A stretch of 63,924 nt of DNA, the filler included, from Octopus bimaculoides (taxonomy: Eukaryota), in the NCBI RefSeq assembly GCF_001194135.2. It is 4 parts of 4 records of this genome, joined end to end, with 100 filler letters (N's around TTAATTAATTAA, not from the genome) between each part and the next. Parts side by side here need not be neighbours in the genome. Positions count along the whole stretch, not along the records: positions 29,341 to 54,939 come from NC_068996.1; 3 more parts are not named here. One strand, given 5' to 3'. A program made the translations under genes and the position numbers. This document shows, one piece after another, positions 39,953-53,399 of the stretch. The notes below the pieces were generated by a model that saw nothing but the letters and a program-made list of their open reading frames with translations, did no database searches and was not told where the DNA came from. How positions within the stretch are numbered: the first letter of the stretch is position 1; each line of letters begins with the position of its first letter.

Positions 39953-40340
39953 GCGCAGGAATGGCTGTGTGATAAGAAGCTTGCTTCCCAACCACATGGT
40001 TCCGGGTTCAGTCCTACTTAGTAGCACCTTCGGCAAATGTCTTCAGCTATAACCTCGGACCGACAAAAGCCTTGTGAGTAAATTTGATAGACGGAAACTG
40101 AAAGAAGCCCGACGTATATATATGTGTGTGCGTGTATGTGTGTGTGTGTATATTTGTGTGTCTGTGTTTGTCCCCACCATCGCTTGAGAACCAATATTGG
40201 TGTGCGTCCCCGTAACTTAGCGGTTCTGCAAAAGAGACCGTAGAATAAGTACTAGGCTTACAATGAATAAGTCCTGGAGTGGACTTGTTCGATAAAAGGC
40301 GATTCTCCAGCATGACCACAGTCACATGAGTGAAACATGA
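39953..40340 (+). mobile_element. tRNA-derived SINE, full length, with internal (TA)/(TG) linker
   Basis: ggcgcaggaatggctgtgtgataagaagcttgcttcccaaccacatggttccgggttcagtcc...ccagcatgaccacagtc...tgaaaca. Confidence 0.9.
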
Positions 40341-40369
40341 CAGTGTGCATAAATATATGTATATGTATA

Positions 40370-41245
40370 CGAGGTCTGATCAATAAGTATCCGGACCGTT
40401 GCCATTGTAACGAAGCGAAAGCATGAAGAGTAAAATCACTTAGAAAAGATTGATCTTGACCACTGCTGCGCACGCGCGCTAAGTTTTAACGTTCTAGGTA
40501 ACCTCCGCTATTTACAGCAGTACTTGGAATTAAGGTGTGTGGCATGTTATCATCACATTGACCATGGCAGGGAAAGTTGTCATAGTGATATCTGCTCAGA
40601 GGCCTATGTAAAGTTGCAGAAAGTGTAAGAGTGTATTTAGCCGTACACAAATGTATAAGTGGTTCAAACGCTTCCAAGATAGCCGAAAAAATATCAATAG
40701 TGACAAACTTTCTGGGGGACCCCGAAACCAGCACAGCTGAGAAAAACATCGCAGATGTCCGTGCATCTGTGAGGAGAAATCGTCGAATCACCATTCGTGA
40801 GTTATGAGATGATGTTCAGATTGGCCACGGTTCAGTTCAGTCCCTTATCACTGAAGATGTGGGTATGAGACGCGTGTCTGCCAAGTTTGTGCAGCTGACC
40901 AAAAAGACACTCAGTTTTCCGTTGCACATGTTCTTGATTGTGTGGAGAGCAATGAAAACGTTTTTCAAAACTCTACGTTGGGTTTTGAGCAGGTATCGCC
41001 AAGCTTTTGGCAAAATTTGGCGCAGATTCTCTGCTCAACTTTCTCTACCATGGTCAATACGATGATCACATTCTACACACATTACTTTCCAAGCACTGTT
41101 GTAAACATCGGAAAAGGGTAGAACAGTAAAACTTAGTGCGCATGCACAGCAGAGTTCAAGGTCAATCTGTGCCAAGCAGCTTTACTCCGCGTGCTTGAGT
41201 TTCGTTACTATGGCAACGGTCCGGTTACTAATTGATCAGACTTTG
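40370..41245 (+). mobile_element. Mariner-family transposon, catalytic domain lost
   Basis: TA-flanked ~45-bp TIRs cgaggtctgatcaataagtatccggaccgttgccattgtaacgaa / ttcgttactatggcaacggtccggttactaattgatcagactttg. Transposase N-terminus YKWFKRFQ...NRRITIREL...GMRRVSAKFV. Confidence 0.9.
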
Positions 41246-41609
41246 TATATGAGTGACTGTGTCTATGCATGAGAGTTTGTGTGTGCGTGCGCAACGGCGC
41301 ATGGTTTACCGGTTAGGGTGTCGGATTTATGATCGTAAAATTGTGGTTTCGATTTCCTAGACCCGACGTTGTGTGATTTTCTTGAGGAAAACACTTCATT
41401 TCTCGTTGTTCTACGACATAACGGCGTCCCGTGCGGGAACGGGGAGGTTAATATACACACCATCCATCTATACATACATACATACATGCATACATACATA
41501 CATGCATACATACATGCATACCTGCATACATACATACATACATACATACATGCATACGTATCTATTAAGTTAACATTAAGTCAAGTTTTGTGGAATGATC
41601 GCCCGTTCA

Positions 41610-43060
41610 AGTAGGGAGTTGTTGATTAAGATTTATCAAGGTATATGAAGCATGTCTGCTAACTTTTGAAGAAATTTGTCGAAGTTTCGCATGATTTGAA
41701 TTTGATTGGCGATAAGGATAAATAGAGCAGGACCTGTTGAAGAAAAGAAATTGTGTTGCGATGAATTTATGAGCCTGAATCGTGTGACCCGAGTCTTGAA
41801 TGAATTCTGAATCTGATGTTAAGACCGTTTGAGCAATGCTGAATGGCATATTCTCCACATTGTGCAAATGCAGAAGCGCTCACGACGACACTGTAAGGCA
41901 TAAAGTTTCAATGATTTAAGGCGGTCTCACTAATCAAGATCCATCATGCTTTCTTGGGAGTAATAGTATCAAAGTTGTGGCCGTATAAAGGAGGAGAAAA
42001 AGATTAGGACACCATCTTGCTGTTTGGAAGATCCAGGAGCCCATCCTGCGTGCCATATTGACTTCGTTGTTTACGTGAGCTCTCCATTCGAAATTGTTAA
42101 CAATAAGGTCCCTAATATCAGATGCTGGGTAGTTCTCATGAAGGTGGAGAATATATTTGCGTGAGCGCACTTTTTCCAAACTTCAGTTTTTCTTTCATTT
42201 AACCACATGTTTTTGTCCTCCCATTGCCTTACATCATGTAGATCAGACTGACGTTGTCTTTGACCTCTTCAATTGCTAAATTTTCTAGGACTTTTGCTCT
42301 GTTTGATGATGCTCGCTTTGTCGATTATGTATACAATAAATAGAAGCGGGCTGAAACTGCCTCCAGGCATATTGTGTTCTGTTCACCAATAAATAGTTAA
42401 TCCAGTGCATGGACAAAATTAGACAATTTTGACAGGAGGATATTGTGGCCGACTCTGTCGAACGCTTTGCTGAAGTCAAGAAATTTGACATCAGAGTTCG
42501 AACCTTATTTCAAAGCCTTAAGGGCATCATCGATGTAATGTAAAAGCTGCAACATTCATGCTGGTTATAATCTAGATATAAAAGCTGCAAAACTTTAGAA
42601 GGTCGTGGATTTCCTGGAAACCAGTTTTACTTCATCTCACTACCCTTTCAAATACTCTGATGGTATGGGAGTTGAATGTGATTGGGCGATAGAGGAAGCG
42701 CACTGATTCTCGTTTTGATAATTGGCGTGGCAGATTGGGATAAGAACTGTTTCGTTATAGGGACTGAGTCGAAACTATTTCCCCCGGGGTTGGTTAGAGA
42801 GATTCCAATTTGGTGTCTGTATTCTTTCAGGACAGTGGCGGGGAATCTACCATTGCTTACTATAGAATAATACTTGATTTCATTTATCGCTTCCATGATG
42901 TCTGAGACAATACAAGTTATGTCATCGATAAAATTTGGCAATTGATTTCGTTCAGATCCCTTGCATCAAGATCAGTGGGATCACTAAAGATACAGTAATA
43001 ATGCTTCCACAGTACTTCTGTCATTTATTTAGAGTGATGGTAGAGAATACTCCTTTCATC
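41610..43060 (-). mobile_element. CR1-group LINE, decayed RT and 3' end
   Basis: Minus strand: GRFPATVLKE...TPIIK, a KAFDRV-like motif then WINYLLVNRTQY, RDL.VNNFEW.AHV...A.RM.SWI, and the 3' STGPALF...FDKFLQ...NNSLL. Confidence 0.75.
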
Positions 43061-43118
43061 TCGCTCTCTCCCTCTCACTTTCTCTTTCTCTCTTTTTATT
43101 TCTCTCTCCCTCTTTCAA

Positions 43119-43164
<46 letters not shown>

Positions 43165-43253
43165 TGTGTGTAANNNNNNNNNNNNNNNNNNNNNNNNNNN
43201 NNNNNNNNNNNNNNNNNNNNNNNNNNNNNNNNNNNNNNNNNNNNNNNNNNNNN

Positions 43254-43305
<52 letters not shown>

Positions 43306-43739
43306 ATACGTACACACACATACTTATATACTCAGAAAAATGTAATATCTTCGTCACTGAGTTTTTTCTTTGTGATATGTTGATTCTGTTCCTTAAATTT
43401 GTGTTCACCAAATATCTGATTGAATATATAGTTTCCTGTTTATTTAATCATTTATTAATATAACTCTCATTAATTTTAATATTTTCTCTAATTGCATTTT
43501 GCTCATTGTGCAAGCTGAGATTGACTTATGCATGTTAAGATATGTGTATGTGTGTGTGTGTGTGATATACACATGTTTGCATATTATATATATATAATAT
43601 ATATAGTGAAAAGTGCAAGATCCCCTTGCACTACCAAGGAAATTATCTTATTGAATGATTCTGAAGTTGAATATGTCTCTGATTTTCATATTTGTCTTCA
43701 TTGTAGTAGTAAATGAATTAGGAAACCTAACAAGAGTTC

Positions 43740-43985
43740 TTTCACTAGCATCAACAATGCTGAGAGGTTTTAAGAAACGCGATCAGCAACATATGGAATG
43801 TCTACGAGCAGCTCGAGGATGTTTTGCAAACAACTTGCGCATGCAAGTGCTACCAGTTGAAAGCTTCTCATACCGGAAGCCAGCAAGTGTATGGGGTCAT
43901 CAGGAGAGAATGCGCGCCGTTTCGAGGCCTGCCTCTCGACGGCATCAATGCCCCCCGGACCCTCACTGTTATGAGGCCCCTCTTG
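43740..43985 (+). mobile_element. RTE-type LINE C-terminal fragment
   Basis: HMECLRAARG...VWGHQERM resembles EM.CLR..G...WFGHV.RM. Confidence 0.4.
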
Positions 43986-45523
43986 TTAGATCAACTGGTT
44001 ATTAAATACAGCTCAATATTTCTCTAGCCATCACTCATCGTCTCTTTTTAACCAAATCCAGTGGCTAGCCTTTTCCACTGTAGTTTGGATATCACTCATG
44101 GTGGTCCCAAAATGCTTTTAAAGTATCACTTTGGAGACAACCCTTGAAAAGATTAAACTCTGAAGATACACACAGACAAGAAGATTGTAAAATGGTACAT
44201 TTACGGTCTATATTATAGATACCATTACGAAATTGGCCTCGAAATATTATGATAAAAGTAATTCTTCACAAAAAGGTGTCGCGTTGATAAGGAAGAGAGT
44301 GACATAGTGCTTCCATGTAATAATTCAGAAGCAACGTAATTTGATATGCCAAAACCTAGCATACACTTTAGGAAACATAGAGGTGGACACAGGTTTACCT
44401 ATTGAATCGCACATACACAGTTAATATATTTGAGCATATGTATTGTTGCACACGCATGCGTGTGAGTGATTATGAAGTATGTGAATATAACTGACGTATT
44501 ACAATAAATATTTAACTTTTAAATACTATGTAACAAATAAGGGTTCATTAATAATAGCTTTAGTATTTATATTCTTTGTATTTAAATTGTATCCATGACC
44601 AGTCATAATATATTCAGTATTACATAGCATCTAATATTAGCTATCCAGTGTCTCTAGGGTTACCTTTAATCGAATATAACTATGATTCATGCCATTATAA
44701 CGGTGAACATCTCGCCTTATTGGTTATATGTAGACCACTGCTATTTCTCGTAGGTTGAGTGATCTCATAGCTCGGTATGATATTTTTTCATTCTTACAAG
44801 AACTAGCACCCTAATAGTTCTCGTGGGATACTTTATTGGATATTAAAACAGTTATTTTTTAGCAACAAATTGCAAAATATTTTTTTCTGGTGATGAGTTT
44901 TGTGCTGTTAAACCTTAGCCTTACTTAATTGAAGACAATTCTGACAGTTTGTCAAAAGAGGAAGAACATCACTAACGGTAATTTTACAGTGCCTGTGATA
45001 ATTGAGACAAAGGAAATACGACACCTATTTTATTCCCAAACCAGAAACGTACCGCAAGAGAATGAACTCTCCTACATATAGACAAAGGAGTGTGAGAGGC
45101 GTTAAACTGTTGTAACTACAACAGCTTAGTAAAATAATAACCATTCTCTATGCCTTAGATTTACATAGATGCAGTGACAACATTTGATTTCATCAAAAAC
45201 ATTTGATTTCATTAAAAATCAGTTAAGTTTTATGCATTGGAATCCAGTCTGAAATTAGTGAATATGAACAAACTTGAAATCACATTGTCAATTCTAAGTA
45301 GACGTTTTCTACAAGTAGACTTTTAAAATACACAATTCAAGATGTCTTTGCATTATTCAATAAAGTAAAGCGAGAAGTGATCCACACGAGATTTTTGTTG
45401 GCTTTTACATCACCGATATATGATAATTTCTCTATAACGATGATATGGGACAATGTTAACTCTAGTTTCTCTTTCTGAAGTTTCTAGTGTTACTAAACTT
45501 GATAAATGAAATAGAAATTATCC

Positions 45524-45700
<177 letters not shown>

Positions 45701-45999
45701 TCACACACACATCTCTATTTTTCTGCTTCTCTCTCCTTCATTATTCACCCCACACATACTCACACACAAACACACATTTATATGTATACAGAATATATAC
45801 ACNNNNNNNNNNTATGCATACATACATGTATGCAGAGTATTAGAGTTGATGTCAGTTTGCATAAAAGGAAAAGAAAACTCAGCATTCCACTCAACTATAG
45901 GAGTAATTTTAAACATCAAAACTTTCAACTACATTATGGATCAAAGGTAACTTTTTACTCAGCTCCCCTACGGTCTCTTTCTCAGCTCCCTCCACCCCA

Positions 46000-46760
46000 A
46001 AAAACAACCTGCCACATGCGTTTCACACCTAGAGAGGTCTTTGAACAACTTGCTTGATCTTGATCACCAACTTGGCCTTCATGTTGCAGACAGAGTGACT
46101 GATATCTTTCTCATCCGTGCCTACACATAGTAAACCATAGGATTACAATTGGTGGAATTCGTAGGCCATAAATTGGGGCTAGTGAAATCATAAAAATTCT
46201 CCAACAGCCACTTGTGACACATTCCAGAAGTATGAAAAGGAACCGGATCCTTCTGTCACATACATTTGTCCTTCTTGTAGGAAACCTCTCCAAACATTGT
46301 CGTCTGAGTTGAGTCTAAAGACCTGTTCGAAGACGTACGGCACCATGACGTCACCTTGACTGGAGACACGCTTAAAGACCCTCACAGGCTGGGGGAACTT
46401 GGTGTTCACGTCTGACATCATATGGATTGTAGGCAAGACACCTATTTCACTGAGTTTTATGAAACTGGTCCTGGCAGAAATTCTTTAATCTGAGAAGAAC
46501 CAGATCAACCCCCGACTCAACATGAACTTCTTTACCTTTCTTCACCTAGCTCAAAGTTTTTTAATGAATTTCGGCGTGCCGATGTAGTCAGGACGCCATA
46601 CCCTGTCTATCGCGATTGATCATGACTTTGTAATTTTCATTCCAGTTTTCTATGTCACGTCTTACAACCTTTACAGTGTTCACAGAGCATTCAGCATCAG
46701 TTATCATGTTGTCTCCGGGCCGAATCATCGCAACACAATTAACTCTTTCCTAACTATCAG
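46000..46760 (-). mobile_element. Tc1/mariner-superfamily transposase remnant, maT (DD37D)/rosa-like
   Basis: Minus strand: VSSQGDVM.PYVFEQ..RLNSD, YV.QKD..P.HTS...KWL.ENFYDF, TSPNLWPTNSTNCNPMVYYV (cf. WPP.SPD.NP.DY.VW), K..LVIKIKQ.FKDL. TIRs not identified. Confidence 0.75.
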
Positions 46761-46797
46761 GTTGCTTCCAGACTTTCACTAATACATGATATACATA

Positions 46798-46924
46798 TAA
46801 GAGGGATGACAACTAAGTGGACATCTATTATGCTAGAAGAAGACCACCTATGGTCTGACCACTAAGAAAAGAGTGTTCTCTTGAGAGAACATAATGGATG
46901 TCCACTTAGTGGTTATCCCTCTTA
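46798..46924. mobile_element. 127-bp MITE-like palindrome
   Basis: 35-bp arms taagagggatgacaactaagtggacatctattatg / cataatggatgtccacttagtggttatccctctta, with TA at both outer ends. Confidence 0.7.
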
Positions 46925-47072
46925 CATGTATGCAATATAATTTTTCTGAATCTTCAGATTTTCCAAAATGCTAGGCCACTGGTTTTAAAGTGATATTAAT
47001 CAAATTAATATTCAATTTTTCACCCCAATTTTCTAAATTTATATATACATATATACATACATACACATATAC

Positions 47073-47111
<39 letters not shown>

Positions 47112-47300
47112 CGTGTGTGTGTGTGTGTGTATAATCATAAATAAGAGCAAAAGAAAAAAAATTCTATGCCGATATGCTGAGAAATAGACTTTAAATTGTC
47201 AGTCAACACATACAATATACCTCACTATAAATACACATTGTGTAATTTTATGAAAAATGTTATCCTATATTAGAAGTATATATATATATATTCGGAGAGA

Positions 47301-47342
<42 letters not shown>

Positions 47343-47424
47343 GAGAGAAAGACGGATGGATGGGTGATTTTTGGGTGGACAAACAGACAGGCAGGCAGAC
47401 AGACACAGACATAGACAAACAGAC

Positions 47425-47492
<68 letters not shown>

Positions 47493-50400
47493 GTGGACTG
47501 GTATGTTCGATAGGACATTTACCAAGAAAGCATTGGGTCAATATAAGCGACTAAAATTCTTGAGAGCAAGGCATCAACGTGGCTTCAGAACAATGACTGA
47601 AGCCAGTAAACGTGTAAGTTTATATGCGGTTAAGAATTTCGCTACGTAATCATGAGTTCCTCAGTTCGGTCCAATTGATTGTCATCTTCAAGAAGCGTGT
47701 TTCACAGTATCCAGATGTCGAGCCAAAGCATATGAGAATATTGGGTAGCAGAAAACCGTTCTGAAGTCCATCGATAGAAATTTAGTTATAAGTCAAAAGT
47801 CCATCTTTTTCAAATACTGAATCGTACAATTCTTTTTGAGAATTACGTTAAGTATACACGTTTCTATGGAATACGCGTCTACTTAATCTTTAACTGAACA
47901 GATAATTCATTTGATTAAACGAGTGTCGAAACAAACGGATAGAATCTTATCGTATTTACTTTTACTAATGATGGGTAATTACTACAAGTTTGGACAAAAT
48001 TTCTTGTAACGCTTTGTTACTCTGCTTAATAAGTTCCCAAATTATTCCAGCGCGTACCTTCCCATGTATGAGAATGTACTTGTATAGCGCGGGGGTGTGT
48101 TGAATTGAGTGGCTGATGAAAGTGTGTGGCTAGCGGTCAGGGTCTATGGCATACGGTCGTAAGTTTTCCGGTTCAATACCAGAACTGGTCATCGCTATAT
48201 TTTCTTGTAAAATACATTTTATTTATTGATACTTATTCAAAATTAGCTGTAATGAGTAAATCAGGGAGCATGTGCAGCATCCTCACCCTTCATTGGGGTC
48301 TCTCTCTCTCCCCCTCTCTCTATGAGTGAGCGTGAGCATATATATATATATATATATGTTTACGCTCACTCATACACACNNNNNNNNNNNNNNNNNNNNN
48401 NNNNNNNNNNNNNNNNNNNNNNNNNNNNNNNNNNNNNNNNNNNNNNNNNNNNNNNNNNNNNNNNNNNNNNNNNNNNNNNNNNNNNNNNNNNNNNNNNNNN
48501 NNNNNNNNNNNNNNNNNNNNNNNNNNNNNNNNNNNNNNNNNNNNNNNNNNNNNNNNNNNNNNNNNNNNNNNNNNNNNNNNNNNNNNNNNNNNNNNNNNNN
48601 NNNNNNNNNNNNNNNNNNNNNNNNNNNNNNNNNNNNNNNNNNNNNNNNNNNNNNNNNNNNNNNNNNNNNNNNNNNNNNNNNNNNNNNNNNNNNNNNNNNN
48701 NNNNNNNNNNNNNNNNNNNNNNNNNNNNNNNNNNNNNNNNNNNNNNNNNNNNNNNNNNNNNNNNNNNNNNNNNNNNNNNNNNNNNNNNNNNNNNNNNNNN
48801 NNNNNNNNNNNNNNNNNNNNNNNNNNNNNNNNNNNNNNNNNNNNNNNNNNNNNNNNNNNNNNNNNNNNNNNNNNNNNNNNNNNNNNNNNNNNNNNNNNNN
48901 NNNNNNNNNNNNNNNNNNNNNNNNNNNNNNNNNNNNNNNNNNNNNNNNNNNNNNNNNNNNNNNNNNNNNNNNNNNNNNNNNNNNNNNNNNNNNNNNNNNN
49001 NNNNNNNNNNNNNNNNNNNNNNNNNNNNNNNNNNNNNNNNNNNNNNNNNNNNNNNNNNNNNNNNNNNNNNNNNNNNNNNNNNNNNNNNNNNNNNNNNNNN
49101 NNNNNNNNNNNNNNNNNNNNNNNNNNNNNNNNNNNNNNNNNNNNNNNNNNNNNNNNNNNNNNNNNNNNNNNNNNNNNNNNNNNNNNNNNNNNNNNNNNNN
49201 NNNNNNNNNNNNNNNNNNNNNNNNNNNNNNNNNNNNNNNNNNNNNNNNNNNNNNNNNNNNNNNNNNNNNNNNNNNNNNNNNNNNNNNNNNNNNNNNNNNN
49301 NNNNNNNNNNNNNNNNNNNNNNNNNNNNNNNNNNNNNNNNNNNNNNNNNNNNNNNNNNNNNNNNNNNNNNNNATATATATATATATATATATATATAAAA
49401 CCTCATACATGTGTATTTTAGACTGTTCATATGTTCAAATATACATAAATACATACATCTACCTACTTGTATACGTAAAATAATCCCATTCACGTCGCAA
49501 AATCATCTCAAACACATTCCGAGAAGTACATAAATAGACTAACATCCCGACTACGTGCATCTATACACCCATACACATACCTCCATATGTCTTTCAACCA
49601 ATAGCAACTCTAATTCTTTTGTTAATTTTGCTGAAAATAAACAGAGTTTTTATAGTTAATAATTAAGATTACTTCAGAATGCAATGGCGCTTTGTCACAG
49701 ACCCATTGAGGTGCGTATAAATAGCATTGGTGCTAGCTGAATTCTTGTCAATTCTCGAAGAGGAAGTTAAGTGCTCCAAGATATATTAAGGCTGTTGATT
49801 CAAGTTATATTAAGAACAGCATTAAACATCAAAGTTCTACGACTAGCCTTTCTCAATATCTCTTTCTATTTCTCTCTAGCATTCTCTTCTTTATTTTCCT
49901 TTTTCTCTGTGTAGCACCATCTTCCTGTAACTTATGTCTTTTCTTTCTCTCTCTCTCTCCCCCCCTCTCTCTCTCTTTCTCTTTCAGTGGCTTTCATCTT
50001 TGTTAATTTCTTTCCTATTTTCTGTATTTGTGTATCAGCTTCTTTCACTGCCTTCAACGTCTCAGTTTTAGCATGTAGCGCCCCCCTCTCTCTCTTCCTT
50101 TCTCGCTCACTCTCTTCCTTTCTCGCTCACTCTCTTCCTCTTATACATAATCTCCTATTGATATATGAGCGGCGTTTCTGCTGTCTCGCCCGCCTTCTCT
50201 GGCAACTACTTGAGGCTATCAGATAAATGGACTTACACGAAATGAAATCTTCTATTTCGTTAGGTTTCCTTACGCATGATTGGCAATTTAGACGGAAGAT
50301 GCTGTCCGACCGTTTCAGGTCCGTCTGTCCGACTGTTGAAAGGTTCATAATGGTTTTTAGTTTGTCAAGTGACCAACACTATTTTATATTATCAAACCAG

Positions 50401-50647
50401 TAACTGAAACACGCCCCGAAACTACGTCACTGACAAGATCATTATGCATGTACCACACACATGCACAAGGAAAGAGACACGCATACATACAGATATACAA
50501 ATACATACACACACACACGCACACACACACACACATATATATATATACATATGTATGTGTGTTTGTGTGTGTGCCTGCATATGTGATTATATTCAAACAC
50601 ACATACCTATACACACACACACACACACACACACGAACACACACACA

Positions 50648-50727
<80 letters not shown>

Positions 50728-51071
50728 GAAGCATCATTCATACAGACAAACAGAGAAGCAGACAGAGCGAGGAGGAATGAATGAAGCCAGTAACGAACAC
50801 GTAGATGGATGACGATACCACTGCTCCTGGCGCTTAAACAATACACGTGCATTGAGTACTTTAATCAGATAATGTTTAAATCAAAAAGTGTTTCTATTGC
50901 AAAATCTGAATTTATTCTACTCATGCAGCTCCATTGCAGATCAGAAAATTCATTTCAGTCTACCTGAATATACTACCGGATAGAGATCTCGATTTCATTT
51001 TGCAAGTGCCTCGAGCTTGCGGTTTTGATAACCTGAAATTAATGTGAAATACTTATTAATCACTCCTCGTA

Positions 51072-51952
51072 CGAAAAGATATCAAAGGGTTCAGGGACTA
51101 GTGAGATTTAATAAAAAATAACTTAGTCACCTATGGTTTAACAAAATTTCCTTCGTATTAGTCACCTTGCGCTGCACCGTTTCCAGCGTTCCTGCAAATT
51201 TTGGAATCCGGCGCGAGTCGTTTTCTGTAAGCCAGTCGATGACCTGTGATTCGCTCTAGATCTCGATAACGGGGTTAAAACGGCGACCTTTGAGCTGCAT
51301 TTTTTATCTTGGGGGATAGATGGATGTCTCTGGCGAATAAGGTGGATGCGGAAAAGATACCATACTGTTTTTGACGAGAAACTCGCAGGTGAGTCGAGCT
51401 CAGTTACAGGGAGCATTGCCGTCGTGAAGATTCCGATTCTTTGTGCTCCACAGATCTGGTTGCTTTCGCCGAATGTCTTCCCTCAAACGCTTCAAAACGT
51501 CACAGCAGAGCATTCGATTAATGGTCTGGCCTCGGGGCGTACGAATTATCGATGCACAATACCACATTTTCGGGGTTGATGATCAAGGGAGGTGTTCCAG
51601 CGACGTTCTTCCGCTTTTGAAGCGCCTGTGCGACTATAAACATTGCGTGCGACCCATTGCCTCGTCGCCGTACGCTTGCCGAAGCATACGTAATGTTTCT
51701 GTAGCAGACTTCTTAAGTGTAAGGCAAAATTTCTCGTCGGCACCTTGTTCCTGTCCATAACAAAATCGGAGACTACAGCATACACGTAACCACAAAATCA
51801 CAATTTTCACAACATGCGAAGTAAAGACTGCGATGTCACTTGGCACACTGCGTCATGGAGATCATTGCTAGCTCTAACGTCACACACAACCGTGTGCTGC
51901 TATCTGTTGGTACACTACAGAACTAGACCGGAAACGTTTTCATACCACCTCG
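51072..51952 (-). mobile_element. Mariner-family transposon, internally deleted
   Basis: Minus strand: KFCLTLKKSATETLRMLRQAYGDEAMGRTQC (HTH) and C-terminal MQLKGRRF...FQNLQERWKRC. TA-flanked, diverged TIRs (cgag...tat.aaa..gtt.c.ggactagt). Confidence 0.85.
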
Positions 51953-52142
51953 TATTTCCTTCTGAAGAAATTTTTTCTTCCCATAGCTCCGGAGTAAATC
52001 TCTTTTTGTAATACTGCTTGTATTTAACGATACTTCTTTCCTACTGATAAATCGCAGCTTCCGGCGTTTAAATAACATAGGTTTGTGAGTATGGGGTATC
52101 ATTAGTATGTACATTCCAAAGTTGGTTCGACTGCATAAGCTG

Positions 52143-52177
<35 letters not shown>

Positions 52178-52629
52178 TGTTTGCATGTATGTATATATAT
52201 ATATATATNNNNNNNNNNNNNNNNNNNNNNNNNNNNNNNNNNNNNNNNNNNNNNNNNNNNNNNNNNNNNNNNNNNNNNNNNNNNNNNNNNNNNNNNNNNN
52301 NNNNNNNNNNNNNNNNNNNNNNNNNNNNNNNNNNNNNNNNNNNNNNNNNNNNNNNNNNNNNNNNNNNNNNNNNNNNNNNNNNNNNNNNNNNNNNNNNNNN
52401 NNNNNNNNNNNNNNNNNNNNNNNNNNNNNNNNNNNNNNNNNNNNNNNNNNNNNNNNNNNNNNNNNNNNNNNNNNNNNNNNNNNNNNNNNNNNNNNNNNNN
52501 NNNNNNNNNNNNNNNNNNNNNNNNNNNNNNNNNNNNNNNNNNNNNNNNNNNNNNNNNNNNNNNNNNNNNNNNNNNNNNNNNNNNNNNNNNNNNNNNNNNN
52601 NNNNNNNNNNNNNNNNNNNNNNNNNNNNG

Positions 52630-52918
52630 TTTATTGAGCGAAAACACCTAAAGCTCCACGAGGCTCCGGCATGGGGATGGTGGTGAACCCTGCTGTACGC
52701 TTCCACCACAACTTTCTCTTACTTCCTGTTTCTGTTGTCCCTGTAATTCAAAGAGTCAGCCTTGTCACATTGTGTCACGCTGAATATCCCCGAGAACTAC
52801 GTTAAGGGTACACGTGTCTGTGGAGTTCTCAGCCACTTGCACGTTAATTTCACGAGCAGGCTGTTCCGTTGATTGGATCAACTGGAACCCTCGACGTCGT
52901 AAGCGACAGAGTGCCATC
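52630..52918 (+). mobile_element. tRNA-derived SINE (22745 family), head lost in gap
   Basis: Reverse complement of 22745-23040 at high identity. Confidence 0.9.
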
Positions 52919-53399
52919 AAGTATATGATTATATATCGATATATATATAGATAGATATAGATGTATGTATTTATATATATACATATACATATATGTATAG
53001 TTGTATACTTATATATGCATATATACATGTATGTGTGTATGTATGCATTTACGTGTGTGTGTGTGTGTAAGGGTAACGGGTTTTCAAAATGATCGTGTTG
53101 AACGAATCATAATTATGTAAAGGAGTTAGAACTTCATATTTCAAACAACAGTTAATAGGAAGTTTAAATACAATTGGTTGGTAAAATAAATGAAAATATA
53201 CAACATAGTTGGTACACTAACGTTACATAGTTTGTTTTTTGTTTTGTCTTTTTTTTTTTTTATTTTGACGGATTCTCAAAAAAATACTTTTTCCCTTAAA
53301 GTGATGTTTCTGTATTAGAGTGAGTTTTGCACAGTATTTAACATTTCGTTTACTGAGATGCTTTTTTTTCTCAGCTTTCTACCCACTCGGCCAAGAATT

